Positions 8,058 to 18,424 of a DNA stretch of 64,000 nt are shown one piece after another. Position 1 is the first letter of the stretch. Each line of letters starts with the position of its first letter. The position numbers were made by a program, and so were the translations under genes. The notes beneath the pieces are model-generated. The model ran no database searches and was not told the DNA's origin. It saw only the letters and a list, made by a program, of their open reading frames with translations. Origin of the DNA: a virus; the IMG/VR virus record IMGVR_UViG_3300009009_000011, positions 37,842-101,841 of that record; one strand, given 5' to 3'.

Positions 8058-8274
8058 TCTAGAGTGGAAAGATGTTGAACATCAGATATATGATGAAAAT
8101 AGTAATAAAGTATATGAGATTAGGTTTTTAGGTATTAAGGTCTATAGGATTGAGAATACGGTTATTGCTAATCATGAAATACTTAAAGCGGGTAAAAAAA
8201 TAGGTTTTATATCAGATGACAAAGTTGGTGAACAAGCAAGAGTTGTTGATAAAGCAACTAGCCAAAGAATATAA
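7990..8274 (+). CDS. hypothetical protein
   Basis: ORF bridging its two neighbours. Confidence 0.5.
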   Translation: MLKIKQLWKKLSLVSIQKTLNHNLEWKDVEHQIYDENSNKVYEIRFLGIKVYRIENTVIANHEILKAGKKIGFISDDKVGEQARVVDKATSQRI

Positions 8275-8614
8275 AATAGACTATAGGGTATGTAAAGCAA
8301 TAGTTAATTCTCCTTTTTTGTATTTAAAGTATTTGGTTACAGACGATTTTCAAGAGGATGGAATGCGTATACCATATTTTGGTGCTTTTTGTCAAAAAGG
8401 TGGTTATAAAAATAAAACAATGAGAACTGAAACTAGGAAAAAAATATTATTAGAAAATATAGATGAGGTTACCATTATGATGGCAACTACACAAGGTTTT
8501 ATAGTTCCGTCAAGTGATTCTGCTAAGGAAGTTATAGAGAAAGCTTGGGAAGATGGTGACTACGAAAAGATTAATTTTATTTGGGGTGGGTGGAAAGAAT
8601 ATAATGGTAGTTAA
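8216..8614 (+). CDS. HU/IHF-like DNA-binding protein
   Basis: NKQELLIKQLAKEY...KAIVNSPF...MRIPYFGAF follows the HU pattern. Confidence 0.6.
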   Translation: MTKLVNKQELLIKQLAKEYKIDYRVCKAIVNSPFLYLKYLVTDDFQEDGMRIPYFGAFCQKGGYKNKTMRTETRKKILLENIDEVTIMMATTQGFIVPSSDSAKEVIEKAWEDGDYEKINFIWGGWKEYNGS

Positions 8615-8615
8615 T

Positions 8616-9824
8616 ATGAAGAATTTATATTATGATAAAAAGGAAAAGAAACTTAGCACTAAAAAACCTGTTGTAGAGAATCCTGATTTAAAATTTAAAG
8701 GAGAAAAAGGGGATAAAGGTGACAAAGGAGATCCTGGTGAACCTGGTAAAGATGGTAAAACTCCAGTAGAAGGGGTTGATTATTTTATAAAAGAAGGTTT
8801 AAGAGGGTTCCCTGGTAAAAATGGATCTGATGGTAAAAGTTTAGATCCTCATCATTATATACCATATATAAATGCTATAAAAGATGTTGACTTAGGCAAT
8901 CATGAATTGTATACAGATGGTATACATGTAGATGGTTCTACTGCACTTCCGCCCACAGGCCCTGGCCTTACTCTTGCTTATTTCACTGGTGCGTTTCCTG
9001 GGGATACTAGTATGATAGCATCAATGAATTGGGATGCTGGTATTCCTATTGATCTAGCAATTGAAGGTAAGGATATTAATATTGATGCAAGTGATATTAA
9101 TTTGAATGCTAGTAATGTTAATATTGGTAATGATTTGATAGCCGATGGTGGTACATGTGAGTTGGATAGAATTGAAACTTTTTATGTTAATTGTAGTGAT
9201 GGTTTTATAAAAATAAATAGTGCAGATAGTGGTGGTAGATTTTTAGTAACAGGGGATAATAGAAGTGGTTATACACATCAAAGTAGCACTACAGGTAATT
9301 ATAGTCAATTTGCGACTGGTGTAAACGTTGGTGGTGCTTTAAGTACAATTACTATTCATGATGCAGGCACAGGTTATAATGTAGATGATGTATTAGAAAT
9401 ATATCAACCAGGTATAGGTGCTTGTGGAGGTAGAGTGTGGGTTAATACAGTGGATGGTGTAGGTGGTGTTACAAGTGTAAGTGTTAATACTGGTGGTACT
9501 GCTTATATAGTTCAAGATGATCTTGAAACAGTTTTAATAGTAGGTGGTGGAACTGGTTGTAGATTAAACATAACAGGAGTTACTGTTGGAGGTTACGTGT
9601 TTTTACAATCTAATTCTGATGGTGATTCAGTTACTCAACCAATACAAATTTGGATTGACGCTGCTAAAGAATATGAGTTTTCTTCTACTAAATTAGACCT
9701 GTGTTCTAATGGTTTAAAATCTACAGGTTTGTCAGAGCATGCTGATAATGCAGCAGCTTTGCTTGCAGGATTAACCGCAGGTGATTTCTATCGTACTGCT
9801 GATGTTGTTAAAGTTGTTCATTAA
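8616..9824 (+). CDS. collagen-repeat fibre-like structural protein
   Basis: G-X-Y run GEKGDKGDKGDPGEPGKDGKTP, Gly/Thr-rich beta repeats, C-terminal ADNAAA..GL..GDFY. ATG at 8616 is in frame with track ORF 8553. Confidence 0.65.
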   Translation: MKNLYYDKKEKKLSTKKPVVENPDLKFKGEKGDKGDKGDPGEPGKDGKTPVEGVDYFIKEGLRGFPGKNGSDGKSLDPHHYIPYINAIKDVDLGNHELYTDGIHVDGSTALPPTGPGLTLAYFTGAFPGDTSMIASMNWDAGIPIDLAIEGKDINIDASDINLNASNVNIGNDLIADGGTCELDRIETFYVNCSDGFIKINSADSGGRFLVTGDNRSGYTHQSSTTGNYSQFATGVNVGGALSTITIHDAGTGYNVDDVLEIYQPGIGACGGRVWVNTVDGVGGVTSVSVNTGGTAYIVQDDLETVLIVGGGTGCRLNITGVTVGGYVFLQSNSDGDSVTQPIQIWIDAAKEYEFSSTKLDLCSNGLKSTGLSEHADNAAALLAGLTAGDFYRTADVVKVVH

Positions 9825-10396
9825 TGAAAATCTTTGATATAGTAGATAATCGGGTGGTTTTAAATCCCCAATCTCTTAATATTCCAGAATTTAAAGCTAT
9901 ATGGGACAGGGATAAATCTAAGATGAAAGGTAACGCTACGAAAGAAATTTCGTATATAGTATATCTTTGTGATGAATCTGTTGATAATCCTTATCGTGCT
10001 TATAGGGAAGACGAAAGGGAGAATATGATTTTAAAAGATTTCATGGGGGTAGAATGGAAACCTGATGAATTAATAAGTAAGGCCACTGAAAAGTTCAGAG
10101 ACCTTAAACAAACTACTAATTCTAGGTTATTAAGATCAGCAAAAAAGGCAGCAGAAAAGCTGTCTGAGTATTTTGATTCTGTAGATTTTAATGTTAGGGA
10201 TTCTTATGGGAAACCTGTATTTTCATCTAGGGATTTAGCATCAAACTTGAAAGAGGTTGCGGGTATTGTTAAATCTTTAAATATGTTAGAGGAAATGGTT
10301 CGTAAAGAACAGACAGAATCTTCTAATGTACGAGGAGGTGGTGATGTAGGTTTGTATGAATTAGAGAGATCTGATTTTGATTATGGGTTAGATTAA
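9824..10396 (+). CDS. conserved crAss-like protein, candidate terminase small subunit
   Basis: Helical 190-aa protein coupled (TAATG) directly upstream of TerL. Confidence 0.55.
   Translation: MKIFDIVDNRVVLNPQSLNIPEFKAIWDRDKSKMKGNATKEISYIVYLCDESVDNPYRAYREDERENMILKDFMGVEWKPDELISKATEKFRDLKQTTNSRLLRSAKKAAEKLSEYFDSVDFNVRDSYGKPVFSSRDLASNLKEVAGIVKSLNMLEEMVRKEQTESSNVRGGGDVGLYELERSDFDYGLD
9929..9956 (+). promoter_or_regulatory. possible internal promoter copy upstream of TerL
   Basis: GGTAAC-N16-CGTATA, exact spacing, but lies in coding sequence. Confidence 0.3.
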
Positions 10397-12420
10397 TGGC
10401 AGGTGTATATAAAATTAAGGTAATTAACTGTGATAATGCTGACAAGTTTAGACCGGCAGCAGTTAATTATGAACAGTATGAGTATTATACGGCAGCTCCT
10501 ATTGGTACCACAGCTTATATGAAGTTTTGGGACGAGGAGCTTAGTCGTTGTATATTTGGGTATACTACCGAAGATGGTGAGTTTATATCTGGGTATTTTT
10601 ATTTTTATTTGAATTATTGTAGGATAGTAAAGACAGACGAAAAGGAAATCATAGATGCTCGTGGTAAAACTAGGACTATTATAAAGAGGGTTGAAAGTTT
10701 TCCTAGGTACTATGATTATGATAGGGCTTATTTTGATGCAATAGAAGAAGCAGAGAGACTTGGTAAACATCTTGTGACGATTAAGAAACGTGGTGCTGGG
10801 TATTCTTATAAAGGTGCTTCTATGTTATGTAGAAATTTTTATTGTATACCAAGGTCTAAGTCTTATGCCATTGCTGCTGAGGCAGAGTTTTTAACAAAAG
10901 ATGGGTTGCTTACAAAGGCGTGGGATATGATGTCATTTATAGATACAAAGACTGCTTTTAGTAAGCGTAGGCAAAAGAAGGATACAGGTATGCACAAAAG
11001 GGCTTCTTTTGTGATGAGGTCTGCAGATGAATATGGTATAGTATCTGAACAAGGGTATGGCTCTGAGATTATAGGTGTGAGTCTTAAAAATGACCCACAA
11101 AAAGCTAGGGGTAAACGAGCAAAGTTAATATTATGGGAAGAGGCTGGTAAATTTCCTGGGTTAAAAGAGTCTTGGCAAATAGCTAGACCTTCTGTAGAGG
11201 AAGGTAATGTTGCATTTGGTTTGATGATAGCATATGGTACTGGTGGTACTGAGGATGCTAATTATGAAGGATTGAAAGATTTGTTTTATGAACCAGACGC
11301 ATATAATGCTTTGCCCATACAAAACATTTGGGACGATGGTGCGTTAGATGGTAAACCATGTGGGTTCTTTGTACCAGAATATTTTAATGTTTATGGCAAA
11401 GATATAAATGGAATTCCATTTATGGATAAGAATGGTAATTCTAATATTCATGTTACGTTAATTTGGGCGAATGAACAACGTGATATTATAATAGAGAATT
11501 CTAGTGATAAATCTTCAATAGATAGGTATATTGCAGAGCATCCATTTAATCCAATGGAAGCAACATTGCAGATATCGGGGAATATATTTCCAAAAAAAGA
11601 TATTATAAGACATTTAGCTGAGATAAGAAATTCTAGTAAGTTAAAGAATTTTAAGCAAGTAGGTGATTTATATTTTGGGGAAGATGGTATAGTTAGATGG
11701 GAGATTAATACTAAATATAAGGATTTAACTAAGTATAGAGTTTCATCAAATGATGACCCAACAGGAGCCATAGTAATATGGGAACATCCTCCGGATGAAA
11801 TACCTTTTGGGTTGTATGTTATAGGGTGTGATAGTTATGATTATGATCAGTCATCTACAGATTCTTTAGGCTCGGCTTTTGTTTATAAACGTTTTCAAAA
11901 TTTTGAGGCCTATTATGATTTACCTGTTGCAGAATATACAGGGCGTCCAGATAAGGCTGAAACTTTTTATGAGAAGGTTAGACTTTTAGCTTTATATTAT
12001 AGAGCTAAAATCATGTATGAAAATCAAAACAAAGGTATATTTGATTATTTCTTACATAAGAAATGTGATTATTTATTGGCAGATCAGCCAGATATAATCA
12101 GAGATGTTGTAGGTGTTACAACTGTACAAAGGACAAAAGGTTGCCATATGAGCAAACCTTTAAAGATATGGGGTATAGGTTTACTTAAGGATTGGTTAAA
12201 TGAAGAGTATGCCCCAGGTAAAAAAAATCTAACAAAGATTTTTTCAGAACCTCTGCTAGAGGAATTAATAGCGTTTAATGATACTGGTAACTTTGATAGG
12301 GTGATGGCCGTGATACAAATCATGATATATCTCAGAGAGCTCTATTCTGTTACAGTTAAGAAGAATAAAGAAGTTTCTAAACGTTCTTTATTTATAGAAG
12401 GTATATTTAGAGATATTTAA
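10396..12420 (+). CDS. terL: terminase large subunit
   Basis: YFYLNY, Walker A-like KKRGAGYSY, Walker B LILWEEAG, GTGG, nuclease IGCDSYD...SLGS and NFDRVMA. Confidence 0.93.
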   Translation: MAGVYKIKVINCDNADKFRPAAVNYEQYEYYTAAPIGTTAYMKFWDEELSRCIFGYTTEDGEFISGYFYFYLNYCRIVKTDEKEIIDARGKTRTIIKRVESFPRYYDYDRAYFDAIEEAERLGKHLVTIKKRGAGYSYKGASMLCRNFYCIPRSKSYAIAAEAEFLTKDGLLTKAWDMMSFIDTKTAFSKRRQKKDTGMHKRASFVMRSADEYGIVSEQGYGSEIIGVSLKNDPQKARGKRAKLILWEEAGKFPGLKESWQIARPSVEEGNVAFGLMIAYGTGGTEDANYEGLKDLFYEPDAYNALPIQNIWDDGALDGKPCGFFVPEYFNVYGKDINGIPFMDKNGNSNIHVTLIWANEQRDIIIENSSDKSSIDRYIAEHPFNPMEATLQISGNIFPKKDIIRHLAEIRNSSKLKNFKQVGDLYFGEDGIVRWEINTKYKDLTKYRVSSNDDPTGAIVIWEHPPDEIPFGLYVIGCDSYDYDQSSTDSLGSAFVYKRFQNFEAYYDLPVAEYTGRPDKAETFYEKVRLLALYYRAKIMYENQNKGIFDYFLHKKCDYLLADQPDIIRDVVGVTTVQRTKGCHMSKPLKIWGIGLLKDWLNEEYAPGKKNLTKIFSEPLLEELIAFNDTGNFDRVMAVIQIMIYLRELYSVTVKKNKEVSKRSLFIEGIFRDI

Positions 12421-12431
12421 TTATAATTAAA

Positions 12432-14774
12432 ATGGTAGACAAATCTAATTTTCCTGTACAAAAATTACCTAAATACAAGAAGACCAAAGAGTGGGGCAAG
12501 GCTTCGCTTGACTCTGTAATATCAAGAGATTCTGGTGGGTTTTTAGGTGCTCAACGTAAGCAGGAGATGACTACTTGGTATGGGTTGTATAATAGTGAAT
12601 ACAATGAGGATGACTTAAAGTATGTTACTAATCCGTTTAAAGTCGAAGATGGCTTCCCTGCCAAACTTCAGAACTTTAATATTATTAGGCCTAAGATTGA
12701 TCTTTTGATAGGTGAGGAATCAAAGAGACCTTTTGATATACGGGTTATTCAAACCAATCCAGATGTAGTTACACAATTACAGGATAAGAAAAAAGAACTG
12801 CTTATGCAGTATATATCAAACGTTGTAGGGTTACAACAGGATCAAAATGGAGAGCCTATCACACCAAAAGAGATTGAGAAATATTTAAAGTATTCATATA
12901 AAACTGTTGCAGAAGAAACAGCTTATCATGCACTTAACTATTTAAAAGAAAAGTTAAATCTTAATAACGAATTTTTGAAGGGCTGGAGAGATGGGCTGAT
13001 AGCTAGTGAAGAGATATATTTTGTATCTACAATTAATGGTGAACCTTTTTTAGAACGGGTTAATCCAATAAATTGTGATTATGACAAGGACCCAGATATA
13101 GAGTTTATAGAAGACGGTGACTGGTTTGTAAGGTATATGCAGATGAGTCCAGCTACTATTTATGATAGGTTTTTTGATTTGATGGATGAAAAAGACCTTG
13201 ATAGGATGTTAGAATACGCAGGAGAAGGCAGAGCTTCTACATCTACTTTGGGTTCGTCTATGGCCGATAAGGTTGAGTTTAGAGACATGACAACTAAGAA
13301 GTATATATACTCTGGTGATACAGATTTTAATTTAGTTGAAGTTTATCACGGGGTGTGGAGATCTTATAAGAAGATTGGATTTTTAACTAGTGTAGATGAG
13401 GGGTCAGGGCAAGAACAAACAACAATAGTTAGTGAGGATTATAAGCCGTTGCCTACAGATGATATAGAATGGGATTGGATACCAGAGGTGTGGGAAGGTT
13501 ATAAAGTAGGAGATGATATATATTTAGGTATTGGACCTGTAGAATATCAGCACACTTCTATTAATAATGTGTCTTCTAGAAAACTACCGTATTGTGGTAT
13601 TATATATAATAATATAAATTCTTTACCTAAGTCATTAGTTGCCTTAATGAAACCTTTACAATATATGTATATTATATTATGGTATAGGTTGGAGCTAGCA
13701 ATAGCTAGAGATAAGGGCAAAATTATCAATATGGATATAACTCAAATACCTAAAGGTTTGGGTATTGATGTTAATCAATGGATGCATTATCTTAGTGCCC
13801 TCGGGGTTAATTTTATTAATCCTTATGATGAGGGTTGGGATATACCTGGTAGAGAGGGGGGTAAACCTGCTGCTTATAATCAGATAACTGACATTGATTT
13901 ATCTATGATGAATGTCATGGCTGGGTACATTGAACTCATGGCCAAGATAGAAGACATGATTGGTGAGATATCTGGTGTTAGTAAACAGCGTCAAGGTTCT
14001 ATATCTAAGACAGAATTAGTTGGTAATGTAGAGCGTGCTGTTATACAGTCTTCTCATATTACAGAACCTTTGTTTTGGTATCATAATCAGGTTAAGAGAA
14101 ATGCATTGACAATGTTGATAAATGTGGCTAAACATGCTTGGCGTGAAAAGCCTAACATGAGTATACATTATATATTGAATGATGCAGAGAGGGTATTCTT
14201 AAATGTTGAGGATGATTTCTTATATTCAGATTTAGATGTATTTCTTAGCGATAGTACAAAACAGAATATGGATATTGAGTCTATAAAGACTTTATTACAG
14301 CCAGCTATGCAGAATGGTGCTACTTTACTTGAAGCTGCAGAGATATTATCTTCTGATAATTTATCACAAATTAAACTCAAACTTACAGAAATAGAGAAAC
14401 GTAAGGAAGAGTTAATGGCTCAGCAAGCACAAGCAGAACAACAGCAAGTACAGATGGAGGCTCAATTTAAAATGGAAGATCTTCGTATTAAGGAAGAAGA
14501 TTCTATACGTAGGGCAGAGACTCAAATACAAGTTGCATTGCTTGGTGCTAATAGTAAGGATGGTGATGCTAATAATAATGGTACTTTAGATCAAATGGAT
14601 TTAATGGATTTTCAATTACAATTGGAGAAGCAAAAAGAGGAAGTAAAGATTAAAGATGCACAAGTTAAAGAGACTGTGCGTAAGAATAAAAAAGCTGAAG
14701 AGCAACGTCAGCAAGAAATAGAAATAAAACGTAAGATTGCAAACAAACCGAGGACAACAAGTAATAGTAAATAG
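12432..14774 (+). CDS. portal protein
   Basis: FPVQKLP, NIIRPKIDLLIGEE, EVWEGYK, GVSKQRQG, QSSHITE; follows TerL; coiled-coil C-terminus. Confidence 0.9.
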   Translation: MVDKSNFPVQKLPKYKKTKEWGKASLDSVISRDSGGFLGAQRKQEMTTWYGLYNSEYNEDDLKYVTNPFKVEDGFPAKLQNFNIIRPKIDLLIGEESKRPFDIRVIQTNPDVVTQLQDKKKELLMQYISNVVGLQQDQNGEPITPKEIEKYLKYSYKTVAEETAYHALNYLKEKLNLNNEFLKGWRDGLIASEEIYFVSTINGEPFLERVNPINCDYDKDPDIEFIEDGDWFVRYMQMSPATIYDRFFDLMDEKDLDRMLEYAGEGRASTSTLGSSMADKVEFRDMTTKKYIYSGDTDFNLVEVYHGVWRSYKKIGFLTSVDEGSGQEQTTIVSEDYKPLPTDDIEWDWIPEVWEGYKVGDDIYLGIGPVEYQHTSINNVSSRKLPYCGIIYNNINSLPKSLVALMKPLQYMYIILWYRLELAIARDKGKIINMDITQIPKGLGIDVNQWMHYLSALGVNFINPYDEGWDIPGREGGKPAAYNQITDIDLSMMNVMAGYIELMAKIEDMIGEISGVSKQRQGSISKTELVGNVERAVIQSSHITEPLFWYHNQVKRNALTMLINVAKHAWREKPNMSIHYILNDAERVFLNVEDDFLYSDLDVFLSDSTKQNMDIESIKTLLQPAMQNGATLLEAAEILSSDNLSQIKLKLTEIEKRKEELMAQQAQAEQQQVQMEAQFKMEDLRIKEEDSIRRAETQIQVALLGANSKDGDANNNGTLDQMDLMDFQLQLEKQKEEVKIKDAQVKETVRKNKKAEEQRQQEIEIKRKIANKPRTTSNSK

Positions 14775-14776
14775 TT

Positions 14777-15955
14777 ATGACAAAAAAGGTAGATAATAAT
14801 CCGCCTAATGTATTTGAAGGATTCGAGGCTTTATCAAAAAGTTTATTGGGTAACCCTGGTGGTGGGAAATCTCCAGATGATGAAATACCGTATATAGACC
14901 CTGAAGATATTGGCAAAGAAGAGGTCGAAGAAGGCGAGGAGAAGAAAGAAGAAAAAGAAGAAGTAGAGGAACCTATTAAAAAGAAACCTACTTCAGTTAA
15001 AGAAGAAGTTAATGAAGACGATGAAGAAGACGAATCTGGTGAAGAAGATGATGAAGGAGATTCTGGAAAAGAGGAAACTGATACTGAAGAGGTTGAAACA
15101 GAAGTAACTACTTTTCTGAAAGATAGGTTATCTGAAGAACTTGGATGGGAGCTTGATGAAGATGATAAATTTGAGTCCATAAAAGATGTTGTGGATTATA
15201 TGAAAGTTTTGGTTGATGAGAATTCTAAACCAAAGTATCATAGTAAAGAAATACAAGCTTTAGATGAATATGTTAAAAACGGTGGAAGTATAAGTAAATA
15301 TTTTAAAGAAGTTTATAAAGAAGCTGCTGCAGGAGTAGATTATGATCATATAGATTTGACTAGGGAATCTAATCAAAGGTTAGTTGTGCGTGAAGTATTA
15401 AAAGAACAAGGTCTAAGTTCGGAGCGTATTCAGAAGCGTTTAGATAGGTATGAGAGAGAAGGGCTTTTACAAGACGAAGCGTCAGATGCTGTAGAATTGT
15501 TAAAAGAATACAAGTCTCGTAATGAAGAAAAGCTATTAGATGAACAGAAAAAAATAGCAGCAGAGCAGGGTAAACAGCAACAAAACTTCTTTGAAAACGT
15601 ACAAAACAGTGTAAAAGGCCTGGAGAATATCCGTGGCGTAAAAATTTCTAACAAGGAAAAAACAGAATTGTTAGATTATATATTTAAGCCTGATTCTGAT
15701 GGTTTAACTAAATATCAGAAAGATTACATGTCTGATATTAAGAACTTGATTGAGTCGGCTTATTTTACTAAAAAAGGGGACTTCCTCATAGACGAGGCAA
15801 AGAAAAAAGGTTCCTCTGATGCTTATAAAGAATTTCATCAGAAATTAAAAGCTAACAAAGGTAAGCGATCCAAGAATACAGGAGGCCTAGAGAGTGGCTC
15901 AGACTCTGATTTATTATTAAGCTCGTTAAGTAAAAATTTATTAAGTAAAGTATAA
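14777..15955 (+). CDS. acidic scaffold-like protein
   Basis: D/E-rich N-terminal half, helical C-terminal half, lies between portal and MCP. Confidence 0.7.
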   Translation: MTKKVDNNPPNVFEGFEALSKSLLGNPGGGKSPDDEIPYIDPEDIGKEEVEEGEEKKEEKEEVEEPIKKKPTSVKEEVNEDDEEDESGEEDDEGDSGKEETDTEEVETEVTTFLKDRLSEELGWELDEDDKFESIKDVVDYMKVLVDENSKPKYHSKEIQALDEYVKNGGSISKYFKEVYKEAAAGVDYDHIDLTRESNQRLVVREVLKEQGLSSERIQKRLDRYEREGLLQDEASDAVELLKEYKSRNEEKLLDEQKKIAAEQGKQQQNFFENVQNSVKGLENIRGVKISNKEKTELLDYIFKPDSDGLTKYQKDYMSDIKNLIESAYFTKKGDFLIDEAKKKGSSDAYKEFHQKLKANKGKRSKNTGGLESGSDSDLLLSSLSKNLLSKV

Positions 15956-15982
15956 TTATTAATTTATTGATTGAAGGTTATT

Positions 15983-17449
15983 ATGGAAAATAATGTATTA
16001 AATAAACTACAGCTCTACCGTACAAAGTGGTTTTCAGACCTCGTAGACGAGAAGATGCTTGCTAATACACTACTTACCAGACCTCATGAAGTATCACCCG
16101 TTTTGTCTTATATAATGGGACGTTTCAATCAAGGAAGCGTTATCGATTATATAACTAATGGTATGGGTAAAGTCATGACGATCGAGAACAGGCAGTATGA
16201 ATGGCGTGTTATGATCGAATCCGAGCGTGCGGTTACAATTCGCAATGCTCAGATCGATGGTACAGCTGTTTCAGCAACTGATGTTCCTGGTATTAATGGA
16301 CAGCCCATTACTCTTTGGTTATCAGACAAATGGTTTGGTCCTGGAGCTATTATCGAATTTGATGATAAAGAATATCAAGTGAGAGTAGTTTCTGAGCCTT
16401 ATCAGGATGGTAATGAGTGGGTTTATACAGTAGTGTTGGCAGATGGTCAGGCAGCTTCTTACATTCCGCCTACACTTCTGGCAGCTGGTAAACAGGTATC
16501 TAGGGTTGGTAGTGCATATGAAGAAGGTAGTGATGAGGCTGATATCGTTAATTATCAGACCCCGTTCATGCTCAGGAATCATCTGACTACTATGAGATTA
16601 ACTTATGACATCACAGGTGATGCTTATTCATCTGTCATGGTTATCGAAATTCGTGAACCTGGAACTAAAAAATCTACTAAGTACTGGGCTCCTTATCAGG
16701 AGTGGGTTGCTCTTCGTCAGTGGTATGAAAGAGTAGACTATATGACTATGTATTCTAAGTATAATGCTAATGCTGATGGTACAGTTAGTCTTATTGGTAC
16801 TAATGGTCGTCCTGTGTATATTGGTGCAGGTATTCTGCAGCAGATAGCTCCGGCTAACAGGAAGGGCTATACAACTATGACACTTGATTTACTTGATACT
16901 TATATGTCAGACCTTTCTTTCAACATCCGTGGATTTGGTGAGCGCAAGTTTCTTGCTCTTGCTGGTGAAATGGCTATGAAAGAATTTGACAGAGTATTAA
17001 GAGATAAGGCTTCTGGCTACACACTTATGGACACAAAATTTGTCACAGGTAATGGTCAGGAACTTACTTTAGGTGGTCAGTTTACAACATATAAGGGTCT
17101 CAACGGGGTTGAGCTTACACTTAAGCATTTACCGTTGTTTGACGATCCTATTCGTAACAGAAAACTTCATCCGATTACAGGTAAACCTCTGGAGTCTTAT
17201 CGTATGGTATTCCTTAACATTGGAATAAAAGACGGTGATTCTAACATTAAGAAGGTTGTTCGTAAAGATCGTGAATTAGTTATGTGGCACACCGCTGGTG
17301 CTGTTGCTCCTGGTTCAGGTCATTCGAAATCAATCACTACACTGAGGTCCAATACCAAGGATAGCTACCAGGTTAACTTCCTGTCAGAACAGGGTGTTAT
17401 GGTAACAGATCCTACTAGTTGTGGTGAATTATACTGCGACGCTGAATAA
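15983..17449 (+). CDS. major capsid protein (crAss-like, HK97 fold)
   Basis: About 490 aa after the scaffold; MRLTYDITG, GAGILQQI, LGGQFTTY, HLPLFDDP, PLESYRM; codon bias of a highly expressed gene. ATG at 15983. Confidence 0.9.
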   Translation: MENNVLNKLQLYRTKWFSDLVDEKMLANTLLTRPHEVSPVLSYIMGRFNQGSVIDYITNGMGKVMTIENRQYEWRVMIESERAVTIRNAQIDGTAVSATDVPGINGQPITLWLSDKWFGPGAIIEFDDKEYQVRVVSEPYQDGNEWVYTVVLADGQAASYIPPTLLAAGKQVSRVGSAYEEGSDEADIVNYQTPFMLRNHLTTMRLTYDITGDAYSSVMVIEIREPGTKKSTKYWAPYQEWVALRQWYERVDYMTMYSKYNANADGTVSLIGTNGRPVYIGAGILQQIAPANRKGYTTMTLDLLDTYMSDLSFNIRGFGERKFLALAGEMAMKEFDRVLRDKASGYTLMDTKFVTGNGQELTLGGQFTTYKGLNGVELTLKHLPLFDDPIRNRKLHPITGKPLESYRMVFLNIGIKDGDSNIKKVVRKDRELVMWHTAGAVAPGSGHSKSITTLRSNTKDSYQVNFLSEQGVMVTDPTSCGELYCDAE

Positions 17450-17455
17450 AAACTG

Positions 17456-17493
17456 GGTGTGATGTAGGGGGCTGAGTAAGCCCCCTGAACACC
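17456..17493 (+). terminator. hairpin after MCP (attenuator or mRNA stabiliser)
   Basis: AGGGGGCT-GAGTA-AGCCCCCT (17466-17486), extendable with GGTGT/ACACC; poor U-tract. Confidence 0.55.
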
Positions 17494-17527
17494 ATTATTA
17501 TTTATAAACCGTTTTAAGCGAGGAATT

Positions 17528-18424
17528 ATGAAAGCAACATTACGGCCGTTGTATAAAGACAAATGGTCAGGGCTAATAAAGTATAGAAATTGTTATGAGG
17601 ACATATGTCCTTATTACACACGGTCAGGGATGATCTACACCGGTCTGTCAAAGGCAGACGAAGAAAGATTAAGTAAAGAATTAGGGGTAGACTTAGCTCG
17701 TGGTTCAGAGTTTTGGAAGAATTATTTTGTAAGGACTTATACAGGGGACATCATATTAGATTTAGAAGATCCTAATGATGAATTAAAATATCTGTATTTA
17801 AAGAATCATAAGAAAGTAAAGACATCTGAGTTTGAACATAAAGCAAGTGCTAAGTTTTTACTTATTAATAAAGAAGAAGAGGCCAAGAAGTCTAATCTTA
17901 TAAACAAAGTTAGACGTAGGGCAATGAAGGAATTTGATACACTTACAACAGAAGAGGTTAGGAAAGTTCTTAGGTTGTTTGGGTATAATGGGGATAATAT
18001 GGAACCAGAAGTTGCAGAAAATAAACTGTTTGAACTTGTGGAAAATAATCCTGAATCATTCTTAGAGAAGTGGGTAAACAATAAACATAGGGATACTGAA
18101 GTTGTTGTTGAGCGTGCAATATCTATGAATATTATAAGACGTAGTAAAAACGTATACAAATATGGGTCTGAAATTGTAGGTCGTTCTATGGTAGAAGCAA
18201 TTGATTTTTTAGAGAATCCAAAGAACCAAGATATATTATTATCTGTTATGAAATCATTACAGTCTAAAGTTTATATAGATCAACCAGATGTTAATAACAC
18301 TTTGACTACTATTGAAGAAGTGGTTGTGGATGTTCCTAAAGTTAAATCAGAGGTTACTATAGACTTAGATGATGATGAAGTAAAGTTTAAATCTAGACCT
18401 AGGAAAAAAGGAGATACATTATAA
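17528..18424 (+). CDS. conserved crAss-like capsid-module protein, function unknown
   Basis: 298 aa, immediately downstream of MCP. Confidence 0.7.
   Translation: MKATLRPLYKDKWSGLIKYRNCYEDICPYYTRSGMIYTGLSKADEERLSKELGVDLARGSEFWKNYFVRTYTGDIILDLEDPNDELKYLYLKNHKKVKTSEFEHKASAKFLLINKEEEAKKSNLINKVRRRAMKEFDTLTTEEVRKVLRLFGYNGDNMEPEVAENKLFELVENNPESFLEKWVNNKHRDTEVVVERAISMNIIRRSKNVYKYGSEIVGRSMVEAIDFLENPKNQDILLSVMKSLQSKVYIDQPDVNNTLTTIEEVVVDVPKVKSEVTIDLDDDEVKFKSRPRKKGDTL

Noticed and set aside
4248-12420. Inteins or introns in nrdJ or terL
   Set aside because: Lengths are ordinary, catalytic motifs are contiguous, and no intein splice motifs or LAGLIDADG blocks were seen.
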